The notes: generated by a model from the letters alone, not told the origin. Positions 24,809-39,330 are shown, numbered from the stretch's first letter. The stretch: 64,000 nucleotides of DNA from Eledone cirrhosa (GCA_964016885.1 OZ024743.1:42780001-42844000); one strand, 5' to 3'. A program made the numbers and translations.

Positions 24809-27800
24809 CTGTTTCGACACACGATTTCATATAAAAAACCTCGCAAAACTAATTCATCGCCGCTATGGCATTAGCTTGTGCCAAGCTGAAAGGTTATTGA
24901 AAGACACTGTTTTCTGTTATATAAAAACTACAATAACAACAGAACAAATCCGCTTCTTAAAACACTGTGTTTCCTCCAAAACATACACAACAAACATATC
25001 AAAACAAGTAAATAATTTATTATTGAACAAAACACAAGCTGAACGGCTAAAACACACAATAACAGTTAATATGAAAAGAACAACATACACAAAAGTCAAC
25101 GCACTCTACAGACAAAAACGCATCAACGGTAAGGAAATCCGAAATCTCATCACAGCAAACGAGAGAGATGACTTCATGAGCGTCATCCGACGCGAAACGA
25201 AATATGCTCAAAACGAATGCTGTAGGCATTTCAAGAAAAAATTAGAATGGATGAATAAGAAAAAACTACAAGAAAGGAAAATCGAATATTCTCAAAAATA
25301 TCCAGATAACATCGACAACATCCGTATGAGTGATGTAAAACTACCGGAAGAATTTACCAATGACCACACAGTAAATATCTATGGGAACACTTTAATCAGT
25401 GAACAAGAACAACAAATCCTAAAGTTACCACCAAAATTTGCCATCTACAAAAAGATTAACCCTATGGAATGCAAAACTGAACTGGAAAAGTGTTTCACAA
25501 AAATACGTTGGAATGCAAAGGTAAACAACAACAACAATAATAACGGTAGTAGTAATATAAACAATAACTCTGGGTATAGAAATAACAGCCATAACCATAA
25601 CAATGGCAGGAATGTGAGAAATAGTGATAATGGTAATAATACTAGCGATAGACAGAACAACAACAACCACAATAATAATAATAATAGAAACGTTAACCGC
25701 AGACACAGCAACAGTGACCACAGTAGTAATAACGGTAACAATACGAACAACAACAACAACAATAACCACAGTGGTAATAATGGAAATGGAAATAGTACAT
25801 GTAGCAACATCAACAAAAACAAGAAACATAATAATAGTAACAACCACAATGGTAGAAATAGCAGTAACAACAACAACAATAACGGTGAAGTAAACAACAA
25901 TACATCTAGCAATCATAACAATAATAATATTAAAGCTAATGATAGAAACAACAACAACCACCATGATAATAATAATAGCAACACACACAACTATGACGAT
26001 AGAAATAACGACAACCCCTTAGAGAAACTATTTTTCAACCCAGCTGACAAAACATATAAGATGGGTAATATCTATCCTACGAGGTTACCCTTTAATAAAA
26101 GAGTTTGCATACCACAACAAATAGATGACGAGACGGAGGCACAGTTCACCATAGCTAGAAATAAGATTAGACAAGTAGTAGACAGGTACACTATGAGACA
26201 GAGCAGACCAGAGGCCCAACAACTTGGGATAAAACCTGTAGAAGGCTTGGTTAGCCTCAAGCAGCGCACAAGGGATGGTGAGGTAGTGTGTCTACCCACA
26301 GATAAGTCTGGTAGGATGTCAATAGATAGCATGCCGAACTACATCGAGGCAATGCAACCCCACATCACCAACACGAGCGAAGTTGCACAACTAACACACG
26401 ATGGGAGAGAAAAAATCCTCAACGCTCACATGATGATGTGGACTGACATCCTAAAGCCAAGCAGACGCACTGCCAACAACTTCCAGGCGTCTAACAATGG
26501 CATACCACCCTTGTATGGGCTCCGCAAAGACCACAAGACAGTCGACGACCCGACAACAGGACCACCAACAAGACCTGTATGCGGAGCTAATATAGCTAGC
26601 AACTACAGGATCTCCTACTTCCTCTCAATGGTTATACGCCCCATAATCAAGATGTCCCCAGATGTATGTGAAAGTACAGAGGACCTCCTCAGCAGAATCA
26701 GTGAGTGCAACAAAAACAGGAGCCTATCCAACTGCATAATAGGCAGCATGGATGTGGTGTCACTGTACCCATCCATTAACATTGATTTTGCTGTGAAAAG
26801 ATGTGTGGAGATGATCATTGAGAGTGAGGTGGAGTTCTGCGACGTCGACACAGACGAACTGGGCCTCCTACTTAGACTTACCTACGACACTGACTACCTA
26901 GACAGCCATGACCTTAGATGTTTCTGCCCTAGTAGACCTATAAGAGGTAGACCCCCCACCATAACCTCAATGGCTAAAAAGACTCCCATAGGAAGGTGGA
27001 TTGGGTGGACCAAAGCTATACGGACCCCCCAAAACACTGATCAGGTAAGAAAAATGGTCGCACATGCAATAGGGGCTAGTATCAAAACTACCCTAAAGGG
27101 CCACATATTTAAGTTCAATGAGAAAATCTACACCCAAAATGAGGGAGCAGCCATCGGCGTCAGCATAGCTGGCGATGTTGCCAACCTTTTCATGGTATGG
27201 TGGGAAAGGAGACTTAAAGATCTCCTTAATGAAAGCTCCATAGACCTCATCATGTACTCTCGTTATGTAGACGATATCAATATAGTTATAAGAACACCCC
27301 CACTAGAGAGCACTAACAAGTTTGATTTAGAACGTGGCACGATGGAAAGCATCCAGCAGATAGCTAATTCCATACACCAGAGTATAACTGTAACTATAGA
27401 CTTCCCTTCCAAACACCCTAACAATAGACTACCTGTATTAGACACAGAACTCTGGATTAACACTATAGACGAGAGAGCCCAAATTCTCCACTCACACTAT
27501 GCTAAACCCATGGCCTCCAAATACCTGATACTCAAAAACTCAGCAATGTCCAGTAGTGCTAAGTTTAATATTCTGATCGCAGATTTGGTACGAGTGATGA
27601 AGAATGTGTCCAGCATGTGCGACCCAACAGAAATGGAAGGACACATCCAACACTTCATCAACCGCATGCAGTTCTCTGGCTACAACCAAAGAGACAGAGT
27701 CAGAGTATACGAAGGAGCCATGGAAAAGTATAAGACCCTCATAGAACTGGACATGAAAGGAATTTGCCCACTATACAGGAGCAAATCATGGAATAGCTTA

Positions 27801-28421
27801 GATAGGGCTAGACATAAGATAGGGAAGGCCACATCATGGTACGACAACCAGAGATATCAGAGTGTCATGTTTGTGGACGCCACCCCTGGAGGGAAATTAG
27901 CTAACCAGTGTAGAAAGGCCCTGAGAAAGACCCACTTAAAAATAAAGGTGGTAGAAAAGCCAGGAACCACCATAAAATCCCTGATCAGCAAAACCTACCC
28001 TTTTAAGAAAACCCACTGTACCAATAGGAAATGTATCATATGTAAGGTGAACCCCCGGATAAACTGTAAAACTAGAAACGTAGTCTATAGCATAAGATGT
28101 ACAGAGGGTACTTGCAGAAACACGACAACAACATACATAGGTGAGACAGCTCGTAGCATAGGTGAAAGGATAGACCAACACTGGGGGGAACTAAAAGGAC
28201 GAAAAAACGGGTCAGTACTATACGAACATGCTAGACAACATCATGACGGTAACATAGACAACATAGAAATTAGAATAATATCTAAACATAGGAATGACCC
28301 AGCAGATAGGCAAATCAGAGAGGCCAGTGAAATAGAAATTAGAAGACCAAAGCTAAACAGAAAGAATGAGTGGAACAACAACAACACCCAAACAAACAAC
28401 ACTGACCTAAGAGAAGTATAA
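24783..28421 (+). CDS. Penelope-like (Neptune-like) polyprotein: N-terminal domain, Asn-rich tract, reverse transcriptase, Cys linker, GIY-YIG endonuclease; 1212 aa, intact
   Basis: LPPKFA, PTDKSG, LYGLRKDHK, TRPV, SMDVVSLYP, GAAIGVSIAGDVANL, RYVDD, CTNRKCIIC, NVVYSIRC...YIGET, RIDQH, EH, LNRKNEW. Confidence 0.96.
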   Translation: MTLPKYNNICFDTRFHIKNLAKLIHRRYGISLCQAERLLKDTVFCYIKTTITTEQIRFLKHCVSSKTYTTNISKQVNNLLLNKTQAERLKHTITVNMKRTTYTKVNALYRQKRINGKEIRNLITANERDDFMSVIRRETKYAQNECCRHFKKKLEWMNKKKLQERKIEYSQKYPDNIDNIRMSDVKLPEEFTNDHTVNIYGNTLISEQEQQILKLPPKFAIYKKINPMECKTELEKCFTKIRWNAKVNNNNNNNGSSNINNNSGYRNNSHNHNNGRNVRNSDNGNNTSDRQNNNNHNNNNNRNVNRRHSNSDHSSNNGNNTNNNNNNNHSGNNGNGNSTCSNINKNKKHNNSNNHNGRNSSNNNNNNGEVNNNTSSNHNNNNIKANDRNNNNHHDNNNSNTHNYDDRNNDNPLEKLFFNPADKTYKMGNIYPTRLPFNKRVCIPQQIDDETEAQFTIARNKIRQVVDRYTMRQSRPEAQQLGIKPVEGLVSLKQRTRDGEVVCLPTDKSGRMSIDSMPNYIEAMQPHITNTSEVAQLTHDGREKILNAHMMMWTDILKPSRRTANNFQASNNGIPPLYGLRKDHKTVDDPTTGPPTRPVCGANIASNYRISYFLSMVIRPIIKMSPDVCESTEDLLSRISECNKNRSLSNCIIGSMDVVSLYPSINIDFAVKRCVEMIIESEVEFCDVDTDELGLLLRLTYDTDYLDSHDLRCFCPSRPIRGRPPTITSMAKKTPIGRWIGWTKAIRTPQNTDQVRKMVAHAIGASIKTTLKGHIFKFNEKIYTQNEGAAIGVSIAGDVANLFMVWWERRLKDLLNESSIDLIMYSRYVDDINIVIRTPPLESTNKFDLERGTMESIQQIANSIHQSITVTIDFPSKHPNNRLPVLDTELWINTIDERAQILHSHYAKPMASKYLILKNSAMSSSAKFNILIADLVRVMKNVSSMCDPTEMEGHIQHFINRMQFSGYNQRDRVRVYEGAMEKYKTLIELDMKGICPLYRSKSWNSLDRARHKIGKATSWYDNQRYQSVMFVDATPGGKLANQCRKALRKTHLKIKVVEKPGTTIKSLISKTYPFKKTHCTNRKCIICKVNPRINCKTRNVVYSIRCTEGTCRNTTTTYIGETARSIGERIDQHWGELKGRKNGSVLYEHARQHHDGNIDNIEIRIISKHRNDPADRQIREASEIEIRRPKLNRKNEWNNNNTQTNNTDLREV

Positions 28422-28679
28422 ATAAATAAGTAAATTAAATTAAATAAAATAAGATAAATAAATACATACACAAGCACATAAACACACACTAGTCACCCAG
28501 CAGACACAACACTATACACACTAGTCACACATCACACACGCAAACGCATGCGCAAAGAAGACAAAATAAAATAAGATAAACAAACAAGCAAATAAATAAA
28601 TAAATATATAGACGGACTGAACAAAAAAAAAAAATGGCGTAGACATACAACACAACAGGAGGAACAATGAATATAACAC

Positions 28680-28717
28680 CACTGACGATGTTGCAGATGT
28701 GCAACGAAAGATTTATG
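28680..28717 (+). ncRNA. pLTR hammerhead motif (copy 3)
   Basis: Identical to 24553-24590. Confidence 0.62.
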
Positions 28718-28927
28718 TAAACTATATATATATGTGTTTGTCTATATTGTATCTGTATTATTTTATTTTTGACCGCCGGTCAGTCAATGGCAACATTGAG
28801 GACCGAGTAAGTTAGATCGCAGATATATATATATAAAAGACAGCGAGAAGCGAAAACCAACCAAACGGTGAGTGTGTTCTGTTATTAATTCTGGCAATAT
28901 TACGCAAATATGACCCTCCCCAAATAT

Positions 28928-28995
<68 letters not shown>

Positions 28996-29346
28996 TAGTT
29001 CAGTCAGGATACGAGAAACTTAACATCCTTTATGTAAGTGGACAGTAAATGACTTATGGAGCCGCAGAAACCCCAACACTGGATTTTACCATCATTCCAG
29101 GGGTCCGATGAGTAAAAAACATTTATGCTTTCATATATTTTTATATCTGTATATCTGTTTGACCCGAAATAGGAGATCGAATCTTCGCTGTGAGGATAAT
29201 TAGTTTAACCTCCATCTCAGTGTGTTTGGCCTTTAACGTAAGTTGTAAGCTCTAATTCTTTTGAATTATTGAGCGATTGCCTCACAATTCGAAAGTGTTT
29301 TTTCGTTATTTCATAGGCTGAAATTCGATTCTCGCTAATCTTTACT

Positions 29347-29795
<449 letters not shown>

Positions 29796-30315
29796 TTATT
29801 GAAATAACAGATTAAAGTTTAAGCAAAGAATCGCTGCTTTCACCCTTAACGGGATCTTCTGAAACTAAAAAAAATCAATCTGTGAACGCAGATGTAAATA
29901 TTTCGAAAAACGTCGCAACCGGAGGAAGACAGGAATACGATACTTTGGTTCGTGGACACGTTCCCCGGCAAAGAACGGAAAAAAACGAAGATAATACGTC
30001 ATTATTTGGAGCGATTAAAACAAATACACGCAAAGACAAAACCACGTTTATGGTATAATAGAAGTTGTAGACTAATATTCTCTTAGGTGGTTCATAGAGA
30101 CGTTCTCCGGCAAAGAACGGACAAAACGAAGATAATACGTCATTATTTGGAACGGGGAAAACAAATACACGCAAAGACAAAACCACGTTTATGGTATAAA
30201 TGAAGTCGTAGACTAATATTCTATTAGGTGGTTCATGGAGACGTTCTCTGGCAATGAACGAAAGAAAACGAAGAAGATAATACCTCATTTCGTGGAGCAA
30301 TGACACGCAAAGACA
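29796..30315 (-). mobile_element. Naiad-family 3' end only, with ~122-bp tandem units and a variant HHR (29807-29883)
   Basis: Homologous to 60246-60670. Confidence 0.85.
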
Positions 30316-30325
30316 ATTATTATTA

Positions 30326-30420
30326 TTTTCATCCTTCCGGGGTCGATAGAATAAAGTAGCAGTAATGCATTGGGTAATTGCTGGCCTTGTGCCAAAAGTA
30401 GAAACAATTATTATTATTAA
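30326..30420 (+). mobile_element. SINE 3' half with (ATT)n tail
   Basis: tttcatccttccggggtcgata...ggccttgtgccaaaagtagaaacaattattatt. Confidence 0.8.
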
Positions 30421-30488
30421 TTATTATTAATATTATTATTATTAATATATATATATATAATATAGAAATGGGTTATATATATATATAT

Positions 30489-30608
<120 letters not shown>

Positions 30609-30748
30609 TTGTATATATATATATATATATATATATAGCCCATTTCTATATCATATATATATATATATTCATATGATTCATCGAGCGCTTGCCACACATA
30701 TCGGACGTTGATTTTCGTTAATTCCTGAGCTGAAAACGATTCTCGCTA

Positions 30749-30799
<51 letters not shown>

Positions 30800-31509
30800 C
30801 ACACATAAAATACATATATATATATATGCATATTTATATTTGTAGGGATATATGTATGAGTCTGAATAGAATTTACATTACATAGAACTACTTCACAACT
30901 TAATAGTGTTTCATATTACATATAGTGTGTGTGTGTATTTCCTTATCTTATTCCATAACTGTCTCATTATTCATCGTTCACTTAAATTTGTGGCTATAAA
31001 TAGAATCACTAACCACGCAGCCACGCCAGCCCCTATATGTTTAATATGCATAAGAATATTGTATATATATATTCGTATATGGATTTATTATCATAGGAGT
31101 GTAATAGAATTGCTAGCACTAAACATATATTACCATTGGCTCTTTTGGAATGAAATAACTTATGCCTTTTGCATATATTAATGATATAGTTCCGTATAAT
31201 ACATGGACTAAAATGTCAGCTACTATATTTAGACCGTATATAAACAGAATGGAATTCGGTCAGTTTAATTCATGTCGATGAAATACTTATCTACGTATTT
31301 AGTGACCTCGTCACTTTTTTTTCCATTTTGCAAACTTCAATTTCTCTCTGTTTGAATATTTATTCATGGAAAGACAAAGTAGAAATGTTCTATGTCAGCA
31401 AATCTGGGTGATTCTGTCTGCAAAGTAAATTAAAGCTATTAATAATATTGCAATGTATTCGTATGCAAAATATTGAATTATGTACAACACATCGGTATTC
31501 GAAATGTCA

Positions 31510-31836
31510 CGATACATAATCATATATAATACTTATGTATAGATATAGACATACATAAATACATATATACATACATAGATACGTGCATACATACAGATAT
31601 ACATAAATACTTATATACATACATAGATACGTGCGTACATACATACATAAATACATATATACGTACATATATACATATATACATACATAAATACGTGCAT
31701 ACATACATACATAAATACATACATACATAGATACATAAATACATATATATATACATACATACATACGTGCATACATACGTGCATGCATACATACAACATA
31801 CATAAATAGATAAATAAAAGCATACATACATACATA
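31510..31836. repeat. (ATAC)n-derived satellite
   Basis: atacatac and atacgtgc units. Confidence 0.9.
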
Positions 31837-33679
31837 TGCAGATTTATGCGTAAATGATTGTCAATATTTATTGACCAGACAGATTCGCATATATGTATAA
31901 CTAATAGATATGTAGCCAGCTTTAGAAATCTGTAAAATCTGTCAACCAAGAGGTATATATAATTTAATTTATACATATGTTTGCATATATGTTTTGAAGA
32001 TAAAACAAATAGCTTGATGCTTTATTCGCATGATGTATCAATTTATTTTCCATTCTAGGTTACAAAACATATTTGAAGTTCTAAATTATATATATTATAT
32101 AGCATTTTGCTCGTAGTATGCTTGCAGCTTGCTGTCTTCGTCCTAAATATTGTTTTACTTTGACCTAATACCAGGCATTAAACGATAGATTCTTTTGATA
32201 CCAGCTGATTACAAGTTAGACCTCCGTCTGGAATTGTCGGCTCCTGTACAGCTATTTTCTCTGCCAAATCAGGACGAATTGAAAGGCTGATATAAGAGGT
32301 ATCTGCCTTCTCCAGTTTGGGAATATGACATCACAAGTGAGGTAGAAGCCTGAGTGCAGTAAAATGTGTGCTGAAGTGTGTAACGCTGGCTCTTCTGTGC
32401 AGCACAGATTTCATCATCTTTTCCACGGATGAAATATACTTTCTAGGGAAGTGTCTACTTCGTTTATTCACCCTTTTCTTTGTCATAATTTCTTTTAATT
32501 TGATTTTGATATATTCAGAAAAATAAATACTAAGATATTTTGTGGCAAAATAGGCTTGCTATTTTGTATTCAGCCATTCATGAGTCCTTAAATCAATATG
32601 GAAGCGTAAGAAATTGCCCGTGAGATACGTCTTCACCATTCGAACTTGAATTCAGTCAAATCTCTAGGGAGAGAGATAAGGATGAAAATAGAGAGAATGT
32701 GTGAGTGTGTGTTTATGAAGGAGAGCGTGTGAAAGGAAGGGTGTGAGAGAGTTTGTGTCTGTATGTGAGAAAAATAGATAGATGTAAAATCGATTCCAAT
32801 AGTAGAATGGTATCTTATCTATTGAAATGATAAGGAGCAAATTTGATCTCGGATGGATTTGAACGCAAAGTGTAGACAGCCAGAAACGATGCGATATTTT
32901 AAAGAATTTGAATAATTCGCTGCCTTATAATATCTTGTCTATTGAGAGGTGTATTCTAATAGCAATCATTTTCTTAAATTATATTTTCTGTCTACTCTGG
33001 CTAAATCCCATAACGCCAAGTTAAAATTATTCTAATCACATTTTCTTACTAATTGCATACCTAGAGTATTGACAATTATTACCTTATAAGATAATACATT
33101 TATAATATACCGTTCAAACATTTCTTTCAATCAGTTCTGTGTGTCATTATTTCATGTAGTTCAGCGGTACCCAAACATAGTTTTTAGGGAAAGCAAATAT
33201 AGCACTGGGGGTTTAAAATAAACGAAATTTTTTCAATTTATGACATACACACACTATTGATTAACCATCTTTTCTTTCTACTGTTATTCTTACAGTATAA
33301 CAATCTGATAGAAGGGTAATTGTAGTACGGGAGAATGGGTCCGTGGAAAATAACTTATAAGTAATGGGTTTCTTGGTCGAAACATGTCAATGTTTAAGTA
33401 TGGTGTTGTTTGTGTTAGGTCTAGATCTTTTATCACTCTTCCGTTATATAACAGTGTATTAAATTATATTCTATTGATTTTGCTTTTCTTCTTGAAGCAA
33501 TTTATTACGTTAATTCATCAAGAATCCTTTATAGTATCCTTGTACTGTTCAAAGAAGCATTTATATCAGCTTGTCATCTTCAGAACCCCACAACCGGAGG
33601 TTATCCCTCGAACAAAAGATAGCTAAATGTTCTCCCCAAACCAATTTTTAGTATATTATTATAATTATTATCATTCTCA

Positions 33680-34020
33680 ATTTTAAATCCTGGTATCGGT
33701 TAAATTTCTCCTCCTTTCTTGCACTCTTGTGTCAAGTGGACATGCTACATCTACAATGAGGCATGAGCTTTCCCTCTTCTTCTTCGTCTGTCACATCTAA
33801 CATGTTTTCCTTCTTTATGGCCCAGATTTTTATCAGCTGTACAAGCTATATCTATGACACAACGCTGCGTACAACAGGATGTTTGCATTATCATTTTCGA
33901 TAGCGCCCTCATGTCCGCTCTGTTAGTCACAAAGTGCGCAATTTTCTATCCTTGTTATGTTGGCGTGACGTCTCTTATAGTCTTTCTGAGCTAGTGGTGT
34001 ACATTGACTGATAACACCGT
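33680..34020 (-). pseudogene. Decayed R4/Dong-like RLE fragment
   Basis: ISQCTPLAQKDYKRRH; similar to 39640-39720. Confidence 0.65.
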
Positions 34021-34289
34021 GTAACATATTTTTTGTTCCCCGGTTCTAAGTGTCATTTCATGGTTTGTTATATCCCATTATTATAACAAAACCCTATTAT
34101 TTAATCAGAAGTTTGGGTTTGTGGTCAGGAGTTTGATATTTCGAAATTTTCATATTTTTCAAGAAAAAACACATTTAAAAAAAATTTATCAGTTCATATA
34201 ATTAAATCAACAGAGTATATATTTATTTTGTTACACAAACTTATCAAAAGCAAACAAGTAAAAACAAATAACACTTATAAAGCAACTTA

Positions 34290-35380
34290 TGCACGTCAGA
34301 AATGACTAGATTTCCTGGATATGCGGTTGTAGTCCAGGTCGCATACCCGCGCTAGCCCTCAGATATAGTCCCCCATCATTATTTCATTGTAGTGGCGCTG
34401 GTACCTCCGCTCTATCTTTTTCACATCTTGGTGGAATCTTTCCCCTTGTTCTTCTGAGTAGGTGTCCATATTGTCCTTGAATATTTCCAGCTGAGCGTCC
34501 AGCATATAGAGTTTAAGCGACATCCAGCATCTCATGGCGCCAAAAGCCTTTATCAGATCCTGCACCAGTTGCTGGTAGTTTTCAGCTCTGTAGTTGCCCA
34601 GGAATCCATTAACAACTGCCTTGATACAGTTCCATGCTGTTCTCTCAATCCTATTGAGCTTATTGGAGAACTTGGTAGACTCAAACACCTTCTTTATCTG
34701 AGGTCCAACAAAAATTCCACCTTTGATTTTGGCCTCAGATAACTTGGGGAAGAACTCAAGAAGGTACTTAAAAGCCACTGATTATTGGTTGAGAACCTTC
34801 ACAAACTGATTCATCAACCCCAACTTAATGTGCAGTAGCGGCATGAGCACAATCCTGGGATCAACCAGTGGCTCCCACATGACGTTCCGGGTCCCAATTA
34901 CAAATTCTGTTCGCTGCTCCCAATTCTTTCTTTTTTAGTGGTCAGAGGTGGCTCTGCTGTCCCAAAGGCAGAGGAAGCATTGACATTTGATAAAGCCTCC
35001 TTGGAGTCCAAGCAGGAAAGCCACCATCTTGAAGTCTCCAATGATTTCCCAATTGTATTGGTTGTATTGCAGAGCTTCCAAGAGGTTCTTTACACTCTAG
35101 TAATCTTCCTTCAGGCAGACTGAATGAGATAGGGGCAGTGTCGGGAACTTGTTTCCATTGTGGAGGAGGACAGCCTTCAAATTTGTGGTGGAGCAGTCTA
35201 TAAATAGTCGCCACTCCTTGGGCACAAACGGCACCCCAATAACGTCAAACAGTCCAGGCACGTCATGGCAGAAACAGAGGCCATCCCTAAGAGTGTAAAC
35301 GGCTGAGAAAGGTTAGTGTCGACTTCTCTGACTTGTCAGCTGCACTTCCTCCTTGACCAAGTTCCACTGTTCATCCTGGA
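34290..35380 (-). pseudogene. Chapaev3-like DNA transposase relic
   Basis: EWRLFID..NLKAVLLHNGN; GDFKMVAFLLGLQGG..CFLCLWDSR; PLHIKLGLM; GIFVGPQI; EQGERFHQD. Superfamily name from motif recall; TIRs not found. Confidence 0.75.
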
Positions 35381-36104
35381 GACGAATACTTAAAATACAA
35401 CTTACCCGTTATTCAGAGTGCGAAAATACAGTATCAATAAATCTCTTTAAATCACCTTTTAACAATTTTATACTTTATTGCACTTTTATAATTTTCTTTA
35501 GGTATTACTCTTTATTTTATAATTTTAATTTAACCTGAAATATATATAAAAAAAAATCATTTAACATAAGCAAATTAAACTTACATACAACGTAAAATCC
35601 AGCATACAAATAATTCTAGTGTATAGAACAAAAAGAAGCATATCTCTTCACACATACATCAACAAGCACAAAATACAAACACAGACAAACCTCCAGCAAC
35701 ACCAACGTCACAACCACCAACAAAAACACAACCAGAACCAACGACACTGAAACAACCGTAAACAATAAACGAAAGCATACAAAACATAGATAAACAGAGT
35801 AACACGTAACTTGGTGTTGCTGAGAAAAAACCAAGAGAGAATTAATGGATGTTGTAAATTGAAAAAGTGAGGTGACTGTCGGGAACTGCATCTTCAAACT
35901 ACCCCAAACACTTGTTATAGTGTAGGCATTTTATAGTGTTTTTATATCATTATCCCACCTATTGCGGCATTCTGTTTGTATGTTTTCTTGTTTATTGTTA
36001 TTGTCTCGATTTTTATGTAAAACCCCACTGTCTCGGTCTATTGTATTGCCTCCTATATGTCGGCGCTTGTGGCCAATAAATGAAACAATTATTATTTTTG
36101 AAAT

Positions 36105-36291
36105 AATAATTGTTTCTACTTTTGGCACAAAGCCAGCAATTACCCAGTACATTACTGGTACTTTATTTTATCGACCCCGTAAGGATGAAAGGCAAAGTTA
36201 ATCTGGCGGGATTTGAACTCAGACCGTAAAGGGACGTAACTATACTGGAAAGCATGGCATCTGACTCTCTACCAATACTGCCAATCCACCA
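36105..36291 (-). mobile_element. Full-length SINE
   Basis: Minus strand: A box tggcagtattgg, B box gagttcaaatcc, conserved core, tail agaaacaattattat. Confidence 0.87.
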
Positions 36292-36307
36292 ATTATTATT
36301 ATTATTA

Positions 36308-39300
36308 GAGCTGCATTTATCTTGCTTTATGTTCATACGAGTTATCACCAAGTCACAACCAGTGACCTCAAGAGACAACAAAGTCCGCCATGTTCAAGAA
36401 AGAACATACGTACATATTCACACATGCATCTTTAGGTGTTTAGACTTGTGATGTACTTATATTGAGAGAATCTTCCTTAGTATATGGGCAGTTCCCATTA
36501 GTACTATCTTTTATATTTCTCCTATACGCGGGTTTCCTGGGATTTGCGATAAGTAATCATTAAACCCCTTAGGTATCATTCCTAGATCGCTTACAACCAC
36601 TGGTATTGTTTTAGTTCTCAATTTCCACATTTTTCCAATTTCTATCTACAGGTCATTATACTTGCTCAATTTTTCAAATGTTTTTATAGATACATTCTTG
36701 TCTATTGGAACGGACATATCAATTAGCAGGCATACCCTCTTTTTAAAGTCCTTCAATATTATATCAGGTCTATTTGCATCTATTTTTCGGTCTGTTTGTA
36801 TGCTAAAGTTCCACAAGATTGCGATGTGATCTTTTTCAAGTATGGGAGGTGGTTGATGCTCCCACCAATTCTTTTGATGGGGCAGGTCAAAATGCTTACA
36901 CATTATCCAATGTATGTATTGTGCAGCTCTATCATGCCTGTTTAGGTATTCGGTTGGAGCTATAGGACTGCACATTGAAATTATATGGTCAATGGTCTCT
37001 GGTTGTTTTTTACATACACGGCATAATGGGCTGTATCCATTTTTTATTATGTTGGGTTGGTAATTTTTTGTTGGCAGACACTGATCTTGTGCTAATATAA
37101 TCAGTCCTTCAGTCTCCGATTTCAGTCCAAAGGATGCCAACCACTGATGGGTTAAAGTTTTGTCAACATCAGGATTGTTACCTCGTTCTGGGTATTTCTC
37201 ATACAGAGGCTTTTCCTGCCATTTCTTAGCCAGTTTCTGTAGCAGTTCTTTCTTTGCAGTTACTTTTACCTGCTTTGCTTTTTCTGTGTTTTCCATTTCA
37301 GCAGTAAATGGGACTTCTGAAATTTGTAATCCATTACTGTATCTTTGTGCATCTTTTGTAATGGAGTATGATCTTTTGATGCTTTCGTGTTTCAAAACGA
37401 GTTTGATCATCCAATCATGTGATTCCCTTAGATATGTAGATAATCGAATTGTTGCAGTTTTCAACGCAATGTCTAACTGGATTAACCCACGTCCTCCTTC
37501 TTTCCTAGAGAGATATATTCTATCTGTATCTGCCTTAGGGTGATGCATTCTGTGCATGGTTAAGAATTTTCTAATTTTTGTATCGAGCCTACGGATCTCT
37601 GTGCTTGACCAGTTGATGACATTGTAATTGTAGGTTACTACTGGTATGGCAAGCGTGTTTATGGCATCGATCTTAATCCTTGCATTCAATTCCGTTCTTA
37701 AGATTGCTCTTACTCTGCGGTAACATTCCTTCCTTATCCTTTCCCTCATTGTCGAATGCTTGATTCCGTCTCCTTCACAAACACCTAGATATTTGTAGGA
37801 TTCCTCTTGATCAAGTTCTCTTATCACATTCCCCCGATCAAGATTAATGTCTGAACTTTTCAGCAGCTTTCCTCTGGTGAACGTTGCTTTGGCGCATTTA
37901 TCTAGTCCAAACTCCCTTTTAATTTCATCACTGAACTGCTCCACAGTGGATAATGGCCCTTGCAATTGTTCATCATTTTTTGCAAATAGTTTCAGGTCAT
38001 CCATGTAGAACAAGTGATTACTGGTTTTGTCATAGACTTTATAGCCATGTTTTGTTTCATTGAGCATTTTACTTAATGGTATAAGTGCGATGCAGAATAA
38101 AAGCGGTGATAAAGAGTCACCCTGAAAAATTCCACAATTAATATTAACTTCTCCAGCTTCCAGTGATTTTGTTTCACTATTGAAAAGGAGTGTCGTTTTC
38201 CATGTCTTCATACTGAATGACAAAAACCTCCTGACAACGGGAGATATTTTGAAAATCTCTAAACATTTTTCAATCCAACTGTGTGGCAAACTATCGAATG
38301 CTTTTTTATAATCTATCCAAGCAATCGATAGATTTTTGTGTCTATTATGACAATCTTCCAGTATCATTTTGTTAACCAAAAGCTGATCCTTACAGCCATA
38401 TGAGCCTCGTTTACACCCTTTCTGCTCAATGGGAAATAGGTCATTTGTTATCAGGTGGTCATATGTATATTCAGTTGGACTGATGTTAAAATGTTATACA
38501 TTGTGGTCAAGCAAGTTATGGTCTGTAATTTTTGGGATTGTTTGCCTCATCATTCTTTGGAAGCAGGAATGTAATGCCGTTAACTAGCCATGATGGTATC
38601 TTTTCTGGCTCCTTAACTATTTCATTGTAAAGTTGGGCTAACAGCTCATGAGACTCTGTGAAGGCATTTATCCAAAAGTTTTGTATTTTGTCTTTTCCTG
38701 GTGATTTCCATTTGCTGGATTTTCTTAGAGCCAAACGCAACTGTTCAACTGTTATATTTTCCCATATTTGTTCCTCAAGGTGAGCTGTATCTTTCATTTG
38801 TCTGTCTATCCATGGGGCATGTATATTATGAACTTTTTCTTCGGCCCAGATCTTTTCCCAGAATTCTTGCACTTCCTCCTTGGGTGGTATTGATTTAGCA
38901 GTTATTGTTGACTTACCAATTTTTCTGTAGAAGTTTCTTTGGTTGTTTTTGAACATATTATTGTCCTTATAGAATCTAGATCGTTTTTCAAAGCGCCTTA
39001 TACGAGCAGCTTTGGCCGACACTTTTTGCTTGATTATTTCTATCAGCATGTCTATGTCACTTGTTGATTTTATACTGTACTTTCTTTTCAATTTTCTAAG
39101 TTTAGTTTGTTTAACATGTTCACCTACTTTATAGTTTGTTAAAATTTCTATGTCAGATCGGAGAAGGTTTATTTGGCGATTGATGTTCTCTTGCCAAGTA
39201 GATTTCTTGTGGGAATTCCTTTGTTTTTTTCATTTTCACTCCACATAAGTGATTGCTGACTTTATCCGATGCATAATAGAGATGATTTAAATCAGTAATA

Positions 39301-39330
39301 TTTAGTTTGTTTGTGATGATAATGTTTTTG
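36308..39330 (-). mobile_element. 5'-truncated R4/Dong-like non-LTR retrotransposon (RT + zinc finger + RLE), copy A
   Basis: WIDYKKAFDS, GIFQGDSLSPLLF, YMDDLKL, CRVC..ETIDHIISMC, RHD..HW, NRPDI..LIDMSVP; 3' end abuts (TAA)n; frameshift near 38480. Confidence 0.92.

Noticed and set aside
25425-25988. Hydrophobic L/V/I-rich ORFs resembling membrane proteins
   Set aside because: They are the antisense of the AAC/AAT Asn tract.
32120-32480. Moderately GC-rich unique stretch as a possible host exon
   Set aside because: No convincing ORF, recognisable motif or splice pair; cannot be called without expression data.
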